A DNA stretch of 64,000 bases from Clostridium algoriphilum (GTDB lineage: Bacteria > Bacillota > Clostridia > Clostridiales > Clostridiaceae). The notes below the pieces were generated by a model, which saw only the letters and a list, made by a program, of their open reading frames with translations, was not told the DNA's origin and ran no database searches. Shown here piece by piece: positions 38,728 to 47,892 of this stretch. The position numbers and the translations under genes were made by a program. The stretch's first letter is position 1; each line of letters begins with the position of its first letter. The stretch spans positions 10,810 through 74,809 of the forward strand of contig NZ_JAIZZK010000011.1 of the NCBI RefSeq assembly GCF_020443705.1, given 5' to 3'.

Positions 38728-39309
38728 CTATACTGCTATCATCCCAGAAAAACCTAGGAAGGCTAATGCTAACATACCTGCTAAAATAAACGCGATGCCA
38801 AGCCCCTCAAGTGGTTTAGGGACATCTGCGAGTCTTAATTTTTCTCTTAAACTTGCCATAAGTACAATTGCCAAAGCAAAGCCTAAACCGGCACCGACTG
38901 CAGATACTGTACTTTCTAAGAATGAATAACTATTCTCTACATTTAAAAGTGGTACACCAAGTACAACACAATTTGTAGCGATTAGTAATAAATAGATACC
39001 CCACATATTATATAATGTAGGTGCATGTTTTTTAATAATCATTTCTAAAAGCTGCACAAAACTAGCAATCAAAAGAACAAACACCGCTGTTGTTAAAAAT
39101 GTTAAATGAAAAGGAGCTAATACAAAATGATATACCACCCATGCGAGCATAGAACTTAGTGTCATAACAGAAGTTACAGCCATTCCCATACCAATAGAGG
39201 CGTTTAAACTTTTAGAAACTCCAAAGAAAATACAAAGTCCTAAAAATCTTGTTAAAACGTAGTTATTTACAATAACCCCACTTGCAAGAAGTGTTAAATA
39301 ATGACCCAT
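38728..39309 (-). CDS. rnfA: Rnf complex subunit A
   Basis: 193 aa polytopic membrane protein, RnfA/NqrE family composition. Confidence 0.85.
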   Translation of the reverse strand: MGHYLTLLASGVIVNNYVLTRFLGLCIFFGVSKSLNASIGMGMAVTSVMTLSSMLAWVVYHFVLAPFHLTFLTTAVFVLLIASFVQLLEMIIKKHAPTLYNMWGIYLLLIATNCVVLGVPLLNVENSYSFLESTVSAVGAGLGFALAIVLMASLREKLRLADVPKPLEGLGIAFILAGMLALAFLGFSGMIAV

Positions 39310-39932
39310 TATACTTCACCTCTCTCAAGTTTAACTTTTTCAGTGTGTTCAGTCCACATCTTAAAACCAGCTACCATGTAACCAATTAGTATAAATGCAC
39401 CTGGTGGTAAAATCATGATAAGTGCCGGATTATACCAAGAACCAAGAACTTTTATTCCAAATATAGCTCCTGTACCAAGAAGTTCACGAATTATCCCAAT
39501 AGATAAAAGCGCAAGTGCAAAACCACATCCCATTCCTAATCCATCGAAAAAGGATGGGGTAACTTTATTCTTTGAAGCAAAAACTTCTGCTCTAGCTAAA
39601 ATAATTGCAAAAACAACAATCAAAGCCAAATATATACCTAAAGCCTTAAAAAGCACAGGTAAATATGCCTGTAATACCAACTGTACCACCGTTACAATTG
39701 TTGCAACTGACGTAATATACACGGGTACACGTACCTTAGGATTTACTACTTTTCTAAAAATAGATACAATAACATTATTTACAGTAATAACAAACATTAC
39801 TGCAAGTCCCATAACTAGGGAATTTATCGCACTACTGGTTACAGCTAAAGCAGGGCAAAGACTAAGTGCAAGAACAAATATCGGGTTCTCTGCAATAATC
39901 CCTTTTTTGAATATATTCCATAGCTCTCTCAT
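39309..39932 (-). CDS. rnfE: Rnf complex subunit E
   Basis: 207 aa membrane protein, RnfE/NqrD family; start overlaps rnfA stop. Confidence 0.85.
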   Translation of the reverse strand: MRELWNIFKKGIIAENPIFVLALSLCPALAVTSSAINSLVMGLAVMFVITVNNVIVSIFRKVVNPKVRVPVYITSVATIVTVVQLVLQAYLPVLFKALGIYLALIVVFAIILARAEVFASKNKVTPSFFDGLGMGCGFALALLSIGIIRELLGTGAIFGIKVLGSWYNPALIMILPPGAFILIGYMVAGFKMWTEHTEKVKLERGEV

Positions 39933-39933
39933 A

Positions 39934-40518
39934 TTATTTTCCCCCTACAAACTGTGTAACTTGTTGCACAGCTTCTTTGATGCCTTTAGTTACCGCTTTA
40001 GACGAAATGGTAGCTCCAGTCATCGCTTGAATATTATTTACTTTTGTTGGGTCTTTTACAACTTCTAAATCTTTGACTGCTTTACCTTTGAATTGATTTC
40101 TAAAAGGATCTTTACTTGCATTATCTCCAAGTCCAGGTGTTTCCTTACTCTCTAATATATTAAAGTCAATAACTTCACCTTTTGGTGTAACTGATACAAG
40201 CATACTTATAGCTCCACCATACCCTTTGCTTTCTGCTGGTACAACATATGCAATTATTTTTCCATCTTTTTCTGCAGTAAACCAATCTGGTTTAGTTTTT
40301 ATCGCAGTAAAAGTTTGTGCATTTGTCACTAGTGACCTCATTGCATCAGTCTTAATTTTTGCTGCCGTTTTTACTGAAACTGGTGCTGTTATAAAATAGG
40401 TTCCAGCAATTATTGCACCTGATATAAAACAGGCAACTGTTAAATTTATAGCAATTTGAAAAATACTATACTTTTTTTCGTGATTAACCTTAGGATCAAT
40501 ATTATTCTCATCTGACAT
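39934..40518 (-). CDS. rnfG: Rnf complex subunit G (FMN-binding, membrane-anchored)
   Basis: 194 aa; single N-terminal TM, FMN_bind domain with conserved SGATISS flavinylation motif. Confidence 0.85.
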   Translation of the reverse strand: MSDENNIDPKVNHEKKYSIFQIAINLTVACFISGAIIAGTYFITAPVSVKTAAKIKTDAMRSLVTNAQTFTAIKTKPDWFTAEKDGKIIAYVVPAESKGYGGAISMLVSVTPKGEVIDFNILESKETPGLGDNASKDPFRNQFKGKAVKDLEVVKDPTKVNNIQAMTGATISSKAVTKGIKEAVQQVTQFVGGK

Positions 40519-41515
40519 TTTTCGCTACCCCCCTCGCTCCAAATTTAACTGGCTTCATAAAGCGATCAATAAGTGGTGTAACTGCATTCATTAATAAAAT
40601 AGAATAACAAACCCCTTCAGGGTATCCACCCTTAAGCCTAATTAGGACAGTAATCGCTCCAGCTCCAATTGCAAAGACTATCTGACCTTTCTTTGTGATT
40701 GGAATAGTAACCATATCTGTAGCCATAAAGAAAGCACCTATAATAAGTCCTCCAGCCATTATATGAAAGAGTGGATCTCCAGTGAATAAACCAGTTGGTC
40801 CACATACCCAAGTTAAAATACCTACAGTTGCAATCATAAATACAGGTACTATCCAATTTGCATAACCTTTATATATTAAATATATACCTCCAATTAGTAA
40901 TAAAACTGTAGAGGTTTCACCAATACTTCCATTACGAGCACCAATAAACATTGATTTATACATTTGAGGTGCACTTCCAAAAGTATCAATTAATTTTGAA
41001 TATCCTTGTTGTTTTAAAATACCGAGTGGTGTTGCAGAAGCTACTGCATCTACCTTTCCGCTCAAACTTGTCCAGGTTGTCATTGCTATTGGCCATGACA
41101 CCATAAGTGCAGCTCTACCTACATGAGCGGGATTAAAAATATTATACCCAAGACCACCCATAGAGTGTTTTGCTATAACAATAGCAATAAAAGAACCAAT
41201 TACTGCCATGTATGCTGGAATAGCTGGTGGTAAACACATTGAAAGCAAGAATCCTGTCAAAAATGCACTTCCATCAGATACTGTTATTGTCTTTTTTCTA
41301 AGTTTTTGCACTATGTACTCAAATGCCACTGCTGACAAACTTCCCGCAAGTAGTACTATTAAAGCAGGAGTTCCAAAGTGATAAATTGCAAAAATCGCTG
41401 CTGGAGTTAATGCCAGACTTACAGTCCACATAATTTTAGAAATAGATGCTTCTGCACGTATATGCGGAGACGTTGATATAGTAAAAAGATTATCTTGTAA
41501 TTTTATTTCACTCAT
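40508..41515 (-). CDS. rnfD: Rnf complex subunit D
   Basis: 335 aa polytopic membrane protein of NqrB/RnfD family; flavinylation-type motif TGATPLG. Confidence 0.85.
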   Translation of the reverse strand: MSEIKLQDNLFTISTSPHIRAEASISKIMWTVSLALTPAAIFAIYHFGTPALIVLLAGSLSAVAFEYIVQKLRKKTITVSDGSAFLTGFLLSMCLPPAIPAYMAVIGSFIAIVIAKHSMGGLGYNIFNPAHVGRAALMVSWPIAMTTWTSLSGKVDAVASATPLGILKQQGYSKLIDTFGSAPQMYKSMFIGARNGSIGETSTVLLLIGGIYLIYKGYANWIVPVFMIATVGILTWVCGPTGLFTGDPLFHIMAGGLIIGAFFMATDMVTIPITKKGQIVFAIGAGAITVLIRLKGGYPEGVCYSILLMNAVTPLIDRFMKPVKFGARGVAKNVR

Positions 41516-42849
41516 TTAGCTAGCGCCTCCTTTTTTTTTGCAGCATCAGCTGTGTTTCTCATCTTGCTGTATTTAATGTATTGTACGATATTGCGCTTAG
41601 CAGGACATACATAAACACAACTTCCACATTCTGCACAGTCAAATAGATTTTGTTCAAGTTTTGCTTCTTCATACATGTCTTTTTCTCCCAATATACTAAG
41701 CATACTTGGATTGAGTCCACAGGGACAAACAGTTACACATTTCCCACAACGAATACAAGGTGATTGCGTTCCGTTATTAATATCTTTTTTGTTTAATCCA
41801 AGGATCCCAGAAACTCCTTTAATAATAGAAATATCTAAATTTGATTGAGCAAATCCCATCATAGGACCACCCATAATAATCTTAGCTGGTTTTTCTGAAA
41901 ATCCACCACAATTATCTATTGCATCTTTAAATGTTGTTCCAATTCTTAAAAGAAGATTTTTAGGTTCTTTTACTGCACTTCCACTTATTGTAGTTACTCT
42001 TTGAATTAGTGGAATACCTTTTACCACTGCATCATTTATTGCAACAACTGTACCTATGTTTTGAACAACTACGCCCACATCCATTGGTAAACTTCCTGAT
42101 GGAACCTCACGATCAGCAATTACCTTAATTAGCATCTTTTCTGCTCCTTGTGGATATTTAGTTGGGATTGCCTTAACTTCCACTGTAGTTCCTTCAAATG
42201 CCTTTTGCATAACACTTACTGCATCAGGTTTATTGTCTTCAATTCCTATGACTGCTCTTTTAACTCCTAGAACCTGCATAATTATTTTTACACCAGTAAC
42301 AATTTGCTCTGGATACTCAAGCATCATTCTATGATCTGCTGTTAAAAACGGTTCACATTCTGCTGCATTTATAATAAGTAAATCAATTTTCTTTTCCTTT
42401 GGTGGTGACAATTTTACGTGAGTTGGAAATGTTGCTCCTCCCATACCAACGATACCTGCATCTTTAATGATGCCTTTTATTTCATTGTCATTTAATTTTT
42501 CCCAATCTCTTTGGACTGGAATTCCTTCTATCCACTCATCGAGTCCATCATTTTCAATAACAATAGAAAGACACTTACCAAATACTGGATGAGGATATTC
42601 TGCAACATCTGTAACAACACCAGATATAGATGCATGAGCCGGACTAGATACAAAAGCTGAACTATTTGCTATAACTTGTCCTTTTTTTACCAAATCGCCC
42701 TTAGCTACCATAGGTGCACAAGGCGCACCTATATGTTGCCTTACAGGAATAATAACCTTACTTGGTAGTAGGGCTATTTCTATAGACTTATCAGCTGTAT
42801 AACGTTTATTATCATTTGGATGTATTCCTCCACGAAAACTTTTAATCAC
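41512..42849 (-). CDS. rnfC: Rnf complex subunit C (NADH-binding, 2x[4Fe-4S])
   Basis: 445 aa; RnfC barrel, NADH/FMN-binding GxGGAxFP-like region (GMGGATFPTHVK), C-terminal CxxCxxCxxxCP pairs. Confidence 0.9.
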   Translation of the reverse strand: MIKSFRGGIHPNDNKRYTADKSIEIALLPSKVIIPVRQHIGAPCAPMVAKGDLVKKGQVIANSSAFVSSPAHASISGVVTDVAEYPHPVFGKCLSIVIENDGLDEWIEGIPVQRDWEKLNDNEIKGIIKDAGIVGMGGATFPTHVKLSPPKEKKIDLLIINAAECEPFLTADHRMMLEYPEQIVTGVKIIMQVLGVKRAVIGIEDNKPDAVSVMQKAFEGTTVEVKAIPTKYPQGAEKMLIKVIADREVPSGSLPMDVGVVVQNIGTVVAINDAVVKGIPLIQRVTTISGSAVKEPKNLLLRIGTTFKDAIDNCGGFSEKPAKIIMGGPMMGFAQSNLDISIIKGVSGILGLNKKDINNGTQSPCIRCGKCVTVCPCGLNPSMLSILGEKDMYEEAKLEQNLFDCAECGSCVYVCPAKRNIVQYIKYSKMRNTADAAKKKEALAK

Positions 42850-42922
42850 TTTCCCACACCTCTTTTAGCATATTTAAAATACATTGAATTATATAGATAT
42901 TTAAAATCTAGAATAATTTTAT

Positions 42923-43342
42923 TTAAGATATAATTTGAGTAATAACTGGTTGCATTTTGTCATTATTATGAGCATATCTATCAAATTTCTTTATACTGAG
43001 CATTGATAATACGAATGTTATTATTCCGCCACCTATTTGAAAACCTCGCATCGAATAACCAAGTTTTTTAGCTATTACTTGTCCAACAATAATACCTATT
43101 ACAACTGAAACTAATGGGGCTATATATACAACAAAAGCCGCCATTAACATATTTGTCTCTTTCATTTGGAACGAAATTCGTTGTCCAGTTTTAGCTCCTA
43201 TTGGATTTTTAGCTTCTATTACAACTGAACTGTCACCTGGGCATGCTCCACAATTTTTACACTCATTGTGCCTGCCTACTTTGACTTTTGCAATATTATT
43301 CTCAAATATTTCTATTATAATTCCTTCTTCTTCTTTTACCAA
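42923..43342 (-). CDS. RseC/MucC-family (SoxR-reducing system) small Fe-S/membrane protein preceding rnf
   Basis: 139 aa; N-terminal CxxC..C soluble domain (ECKNCGACPG) followed by two TM helices; gggggaggag RBS. Confidence 0.7.
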   Translation of the reverse strand: MVKEEEGIIIEIFENNIAKVKVGRHNECKNCGACPGDSSVVIEAKNPIGAKTGQRISFQMKETNMLMAAFVVYIAPLVSVVIGIIVGQVIAKKLGYSMRGFQIGGGIITFVLSMLSIKKFDRYAHNNDKMQPVITQIIS

Positions 43343-43819
43343 TTTTTCTACTCCTCCCCCTTGCTACAATACCAAATATATTATATTCACAGGGATAATT
43401 TCTATTCTAGTTACTCCACACCTCTTAACTAGAATAATAATTCTATTATAAGGTTACGATAAATTCTTATATATTACCTGTCGAATTATATATAAATTAC
43501 AAGTTCTATACCTCAAGATAGTTTTATTTCAGTTAAAAGTCAATAATAATCTATTTTTTAACAAGTATCTTTATAAGAGTTAATTAGGTTTATATAATAT
43601 AAACGCTTTTTAAAATGTATACAGCTTGTTAATTATCAATTTTTATTTTTGATAATATATTCTTGCATACTATTGTTTTTCACAATGTAGGAGAATAATA
43701 ATTCGTTACTATAATAAGAGTTTATAGATTGCTGTTATATTTATATCCTCCAGTACTAATACAGTGCTTGTAAATAATATTCTTTTATTTTATTATGTTT
43801 TAACTATTATTGCCGGATT

Positions 43820-43837
43820 TAGTTAAATATTTAACAA
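43820..43837. promoter_or_regulatory. Candidate Rex operator (TaGTTAAatatTTAACAA) in the long rseC-rnf leader
   Basis: 17/18 match to TTGTTAA-N4-TTAACAA, ~480 bp upstream of rseC start. Confidence 0.45.
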
Positions 43838-44175
43838 TCACTCATCTAGTGAATCTAAATTAGATATGCTTTTAACCTCAGTAATAGGCAAATTGCTGGG
43901 TTCATGCAAAGCTATTTATAATGTCTTAACCTTGAAAATGTACCTTATTCACTAGGTTATCTTAATTATATTATCCATTTAAGAAAAAGTTCTTTCTATA
44001 TAAGAAAGATAAATAGAGATACAATTTAATTGTATCTCTGTACTATAATTTATGTCTATGTTGATATTACTTCTCTTTTTTAAAATATTCTCGTTTTTAT
44101 ATTTGTAATTATAGATAAAGTGTATTAAATATGTTTTATTGATAATTATTTAACTAACTTCTATGATGTTATAAT

Positions 44176-44826
44176 TTATTCTAATATCATTTTATACATA
44201 AGTTCAGTTGGATCAAAAATAGGAATATCTGAATACTTTTTTAATTGATCATATAAATAAGGAAAGTGAGTGCATCCCAATATAATAGCTTCTACTCCGA
44301 TAGAATTATAAAACTCCATAACATTCCTTAATGCATATTTATCTACTATTTCTTTAGCAGATATACCTTTTTCTATTGCAACAACTATAGGGAGTATTCC
44401 TAATCCGATAACATCACAATCAGGATTTACACTTTGTATTACTTTTTCAATTCCTGCGGAGCTTTGATTATTAGCTGAAAGCACCCCAATATTGTGATAC
44501 TCACATGCAATTTTCTTATAAATATCGAATGGGGTTATTATTCTTATATCTTTTTTTCTAGATAACTTGTCCATATCAACTGCAGCACTTATAGAATTGC
44601 AATATATAACTACTGTATTAATGTTTTCATATTTTATCCGGTTTATTATATTACTAATTTTATTTGCAAGTTCAAATGGGGACAATATTTGCATCTTTGA
44701 TTGTTCCTCAGAGCACAAGGATACTGGGTATCCTAATGCCTTAATCCCTTTAGAATTCAAGAAATCCACTCCCATTTTAGTATCCACAGGAGTTCCTGCA
44801 ATAACCGCAACTAATATATTATTCAT
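44176..44826 (-). CDS. Asp/Glu/hydantoin racemase-superfamily protein
   Basis: 216 aa; N-terminal MNNILVAVIAGTPVDTKMGV and conserved Cys-containing halves typical of the Asp/Glu racemase fold. Confidence 0.6.
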   Translation of the reverse strand: MNNILVAVIAGTPVDTKMGVDFLNSKGIKALGYPVSLCSEEQSKMQILSPFELANKISNIINRIKYENINTVVIYCNSISAAVDMDKLSRKKDIRIITPFDIYKKIACEYHNIGVLSANNQSSAGIEKVIQSVNPDCDVIGLGILPIVVAIEKGISAKEIVDKYALRNVMEFYNSIGVEAIILGCTHFPYLYDQLKKYSDIPIFDPTELMYKMILE

Positions 44827-44875
44827 TTGTATTACCTCTCATCATTTTTTTTGTACATTTTATTCCATTCATTGG

Positions 44876-45502
44876 CTATATTAAATCTTTTATTAATACT
44901 ATCCTAGCAGGAGAACCATCTACGCCTTTAATTTTAAGTGGTAACGCACACATAAAATATTCTTCCTCAGTAATTTTTTTAAGTCTTACTCCTTCTATAA
45001 TAATTATCCCTTTATTAAAAAGTATCTTGTGAGTTTCATGATCCGGTTGAGCTCTCTCAATTCCAAAAGAATCTATAGCAACGCCTACTATACTTTTTTC
45101 TGCTAAATACTCAGCCCCACTCTTTTCAACATACACAAAACCAGGTTCAAATTCTTCTGTAAATGAGTTTTTAGTTTTTAGTAATAAGAATTCACCAGAT
45201 TTAATGTTTTTATCCATAAGGTCTTCTTTCGTAATACCACCTATTACTTTTGTTAGGTCTAAAACCCTACATTTTGTAATTAAATTATTTAAATCAATAT
45301 CATCAATGGTAGACCCCATATTATCTACGTGATATGGAGCATCTACATGAGTTCCTGTATGTAAATTCATATACATACTAGATTCATTAATACTATCCTT
45401 TGGAATTTTTCTTTCATATTTAATAACTGGCCTTTTTTCCTCTTTATTCTTATATACTCCCATTTTCGGCTCTATTGTCATAGATATATCATAAATGATC
45501 AT
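44876..45502 (-). CDS. Cyclase-family metal-dependent hydrolase (kynurenine formamidase-like, PF04199)
   Basis: Signature HTGTHVDAPYH (HxGTHxDxPxH); start set at MIIYDISM after aggag RBS (ORF track extends 15 codons upstream, overlapping zwf). Confidence 0.75.
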   Translation of the reverse strand: MIIYDISMTIEPKMGVYKNKEEKRPVIKYERKIPKDSINESSMYMNLHTGTHVDAPYHVDNMGSTIDDIDLNNLITKCRVLDLTKVIGGITKEDLMDKNIKSGEFLLLKTKNSFTEEFEPGFVYVEKSGAEYLAEKSIVGVAIDSFGIERAQPDHETHKILFNKGIIIIEGVRLKKITEEEYFMCALPLKIKGVDGSPARIVLIKDLI

Positions 45503-45503
45503 T

Positions 45504-47021
45504 TTATATCTCCTTATAAGGTGCAGTATTCCACCACTGTCTGCCATCCTTCTTAATTAAATTTATTGCTTCTTCTGGTCCTGGTGTGCCTGCTGCGTAA
45601 TTAGGATAATTAGATATATCGCTTTCATATCCCTTTTCTATGCTTTCAATAAATTTCCATGAATGTTCAAGTTCATCCCACCTTGTAAACAAAGATGAGT
45701 TATTTCTAATTGCCTCTAATAATAGCCTCTCATAGGCTTCAGGCGAATCATTTACATACTTACAGCTTTGGCAATAATCTAATTCCACCTTTTCCATTTT
45801 AAAATCATTACCAGGTTTTTTAGCATTTATCTGAAAGAAAAAGCCCTCTTCTGGCTGAATTTTTAAAACTAAAAGATTATGACCAATTTCATTAAATTCC
45901 TTATAATAATTGATCCCAGCAAGTTTCTTAAATTGAATAACTATCTCTGTACTTTTTGTATCCATTCTCTTTCCTGCTCTTATATATATGGGTACTCCTC
46001 CCCATCGAAAATTATCAATATATGTCTTAAGAGCTATAAACGTATCTGTATTAGATTCTCTTGACACTCTATCTTCTTGTCTATATCCCACTGCTTTTAT
46101 TCCATTGACGATTCCCTCCCCATATTGACCCCGAACTATGTCTTCCTTAACAGATTCCTCAGTAAAAGGTCTGAGTGATCGTAGAACCTTAACTTTCTCA
46201 TCTCTTATTGATTCAGGATCAAAGTCTACCGGAGGTTCCATTGCAATCATTGTTAACATTTGTAATAAATGATTTTGAAGCATATCTTTTAATATACCAG
46301 CCTTTTCATAATATGCCCCTCTATTCTCTACACCTAAAAGTTCATTAGATGTAATTTGAATATTATCAATATAATTTGCATTCCATAGGGGTTCAAATAA
46401 AGAGTTACCAAATCTGATTGCTAATATATTTTGAATCATTTCCTTCCCCAAATAGTGGTCTATTCTAAATATGTCCTCTTCTGGTATAAGTTTTGATATA
46501 TTATGGTTTAAAATTCTAGCTGTTTTCAAACTTGATCCAAAAGGTTTTTCGACCATTATCCTCTGCCATCCTGTTGCCATACATACCATATTATTATTCT
46601 TTAAATTTCTAATTATTCCTTCAAAAAATTCTGGTGCAACTGCTAAATAATATAATCTCCTACCTCCAGTTAAGTATTCAGTCTCCACATTTATTAAAAA
46701 TGAATCTAAATCCTTGTACCCTTCCTTGTCTGATGTAAAATCAAAGTTTTTATAGAAAATTCTTTTACTAAAAGTTCGCCACAATTTATCATTTAAAGGA
46801 AACCGGCAGAATTTTATTGCAAATTCGTACATTTCTTCTCTGTATTGTTCATTTGTTTTTTCCCGTCTTCCTATAGACACAATTGTAAAATTCTCTGGTA
46901 ATTTATTCTCGTACATCAAACTAAAAATAGCAGGAATAAGTTTTCTTTTTGTTAGATCGCCAGTTCCACCAAAAATTACAAACATACTAGAAAGTTCTTT
47001 ATTTATATCTTTCTCCATCAA
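45504..47021 (-). CDS. zwf: Glucose-6-phosphate 1-dehydrogenase
   Basis: 505 aa; NADP-binding FVIFGGTGDLTKRKLIPAIF and active-site RIDHYLGKE motifs. Confidence 0.9.
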   Translation of the reverse strand: MMEKDINKELSSMFVIFGGTGDLTKRKLIPAIFSLMYENKLPENFTIVSIGRREKTNEQYREEMYEFAIKFCRFPLNDKLWRTFSKRIFYKNFDFTSDKEGYKDLDSFLINVETEYLTGGRRLYYLAVAPEFFEGIIRNLKNNNMVCMATGWQRIMVEKPFGSSLKTARILNHNISKLIPEEDIFRIDHYLGKEMIQNILAIRFGNSLFEPLWNANYIDNIQITSNELLGVENRGAYYEKAGILKDMLQNHLLQMLTMIAMEPPVDFDPESIRDEKVKVLRSLRPFTEESVKEDIVRGQYGEGIVNGIKAVGYRQEDRVSRESNTDTFIALKTYIDNFRWGGVPIYIRAGKRMDTKSTEIVIQFKKLAGINYYKEFNEIGHNLLVLKIQPEEGFFFQINAKKPGNDFKMEKVELDYCQSCKYVNDSPEAYERLLLEAIRNNSSLFTRWDELEHSWKFIESIEKGYESDISNYPNYAAGTPGPEEAINLIKKDGRQWWNTAPYKEI

Positions 47022-47191
47022 GTGCCTCCTTCCTCCTATTTTTTTATAATATACTTTTTATCATATTCATTTTGTATTTTTATGTTCCAATTATCATTCT
47101 TAATGTATTACAAATTAATCAAAATAAAATAACTAACTTATTATAATTAATATTAATAAGTTAGAGTTTTAAAGTAAGGTTTATTTATGTC

Positions 47192-47872
47192 CTATAAATC
47201 TACAATTGATACACCTTTTCCAAATATAGTTTCAAAATCAGTTGTAAAATCCTCCACAGCCTTTTTAATTACAGGCATTTTGAGAGCAGTATGTAGAAGT
47301 GCTGGTTGGATTGTCGCCGTTTGTGCACCACACTCAAATGCTGTATTTACCTGTCCCATATTTTTAAAGCTTGCAGCAAGTATTGTGGTTGAGTAATTAT
47401 ACTTTTCAATCATCTTAGCAAAAGTAGTAATAACTGCCTTAGGATCTATATCCATGTTCTCCATACGATTGTAATAAGGAGCTATAAAATCTGCACCGGC
47501 CTCCATAGCAAGTAACCCTTGTACTTTTGTATAAATTGCAGTAGCAGTAACCCCAATTCCTTTTGCTTTTAAGGCTCTAATTGCTTTTAATCCTTGCTCA
47601 GTTACAGGCACTTTTATAAATACCTTATCATCAACATTCTTGATAATAGCAGCAGCTTCTGCCATTATGCCATCATAATCCTCTGAAACGACTTGAATAT
47701 GAAGAGATTTATTCATTCCTATAATTTTTCGAATCTCTTTGAAGTGATTAAAAAAATTAATTTTACCCTCTATTTTTATAATGCTTGGATTGCTAGTAAT
47801 CCCTGTTATTGGGTAAAACTCACTATAATGCTTAATATCCTCTATATTAATTGTGTCAAACATATATTTCAT
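47192..47872 (-). CDS. Transaldolase-family class-I aldolase of the Fsa/TalC subtype (fructose-6-phosphate aldolase-like)
   Basis: 226 aa; GITSNPSII, IKVPVTEQGLKAIRALKAKGIGVTATAIY (Schiff-base Lys region), ADFIAPYYNRM, ILAASFK align block-for-block with E. coli FsaA. Confidence 0.8.
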   Translation of the reverse strand: MKYMFDTINIEDIKHYSEFYPITGITSNPSIIKIEGKINFFNHFKEIRKIIGMNKSLHIQVVSEDYDGIMAEAAAIIKNVDDKVFIKVPVTEQGLKAIRALKAKGIGVTATAIYTKVQGLLAMEAGADFIAPYYNRMENMDIDPKAVITTFAKMIEKYNYSTTILAASFKNMGQVNTAFECGAQTATIQPALLHTALKMPVIKKAVEDFTTDFETIFGKGVSIVDL

Positions 47873-47892
47873 AGTTTAAAACTCCTTTTATA

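Noticed and set aside
39415-40068. 217-aa + strand ORF overlapping rnfE/rnfG
   Set aside because: Antisense to conserved Rnf subunit genes, with no start context.
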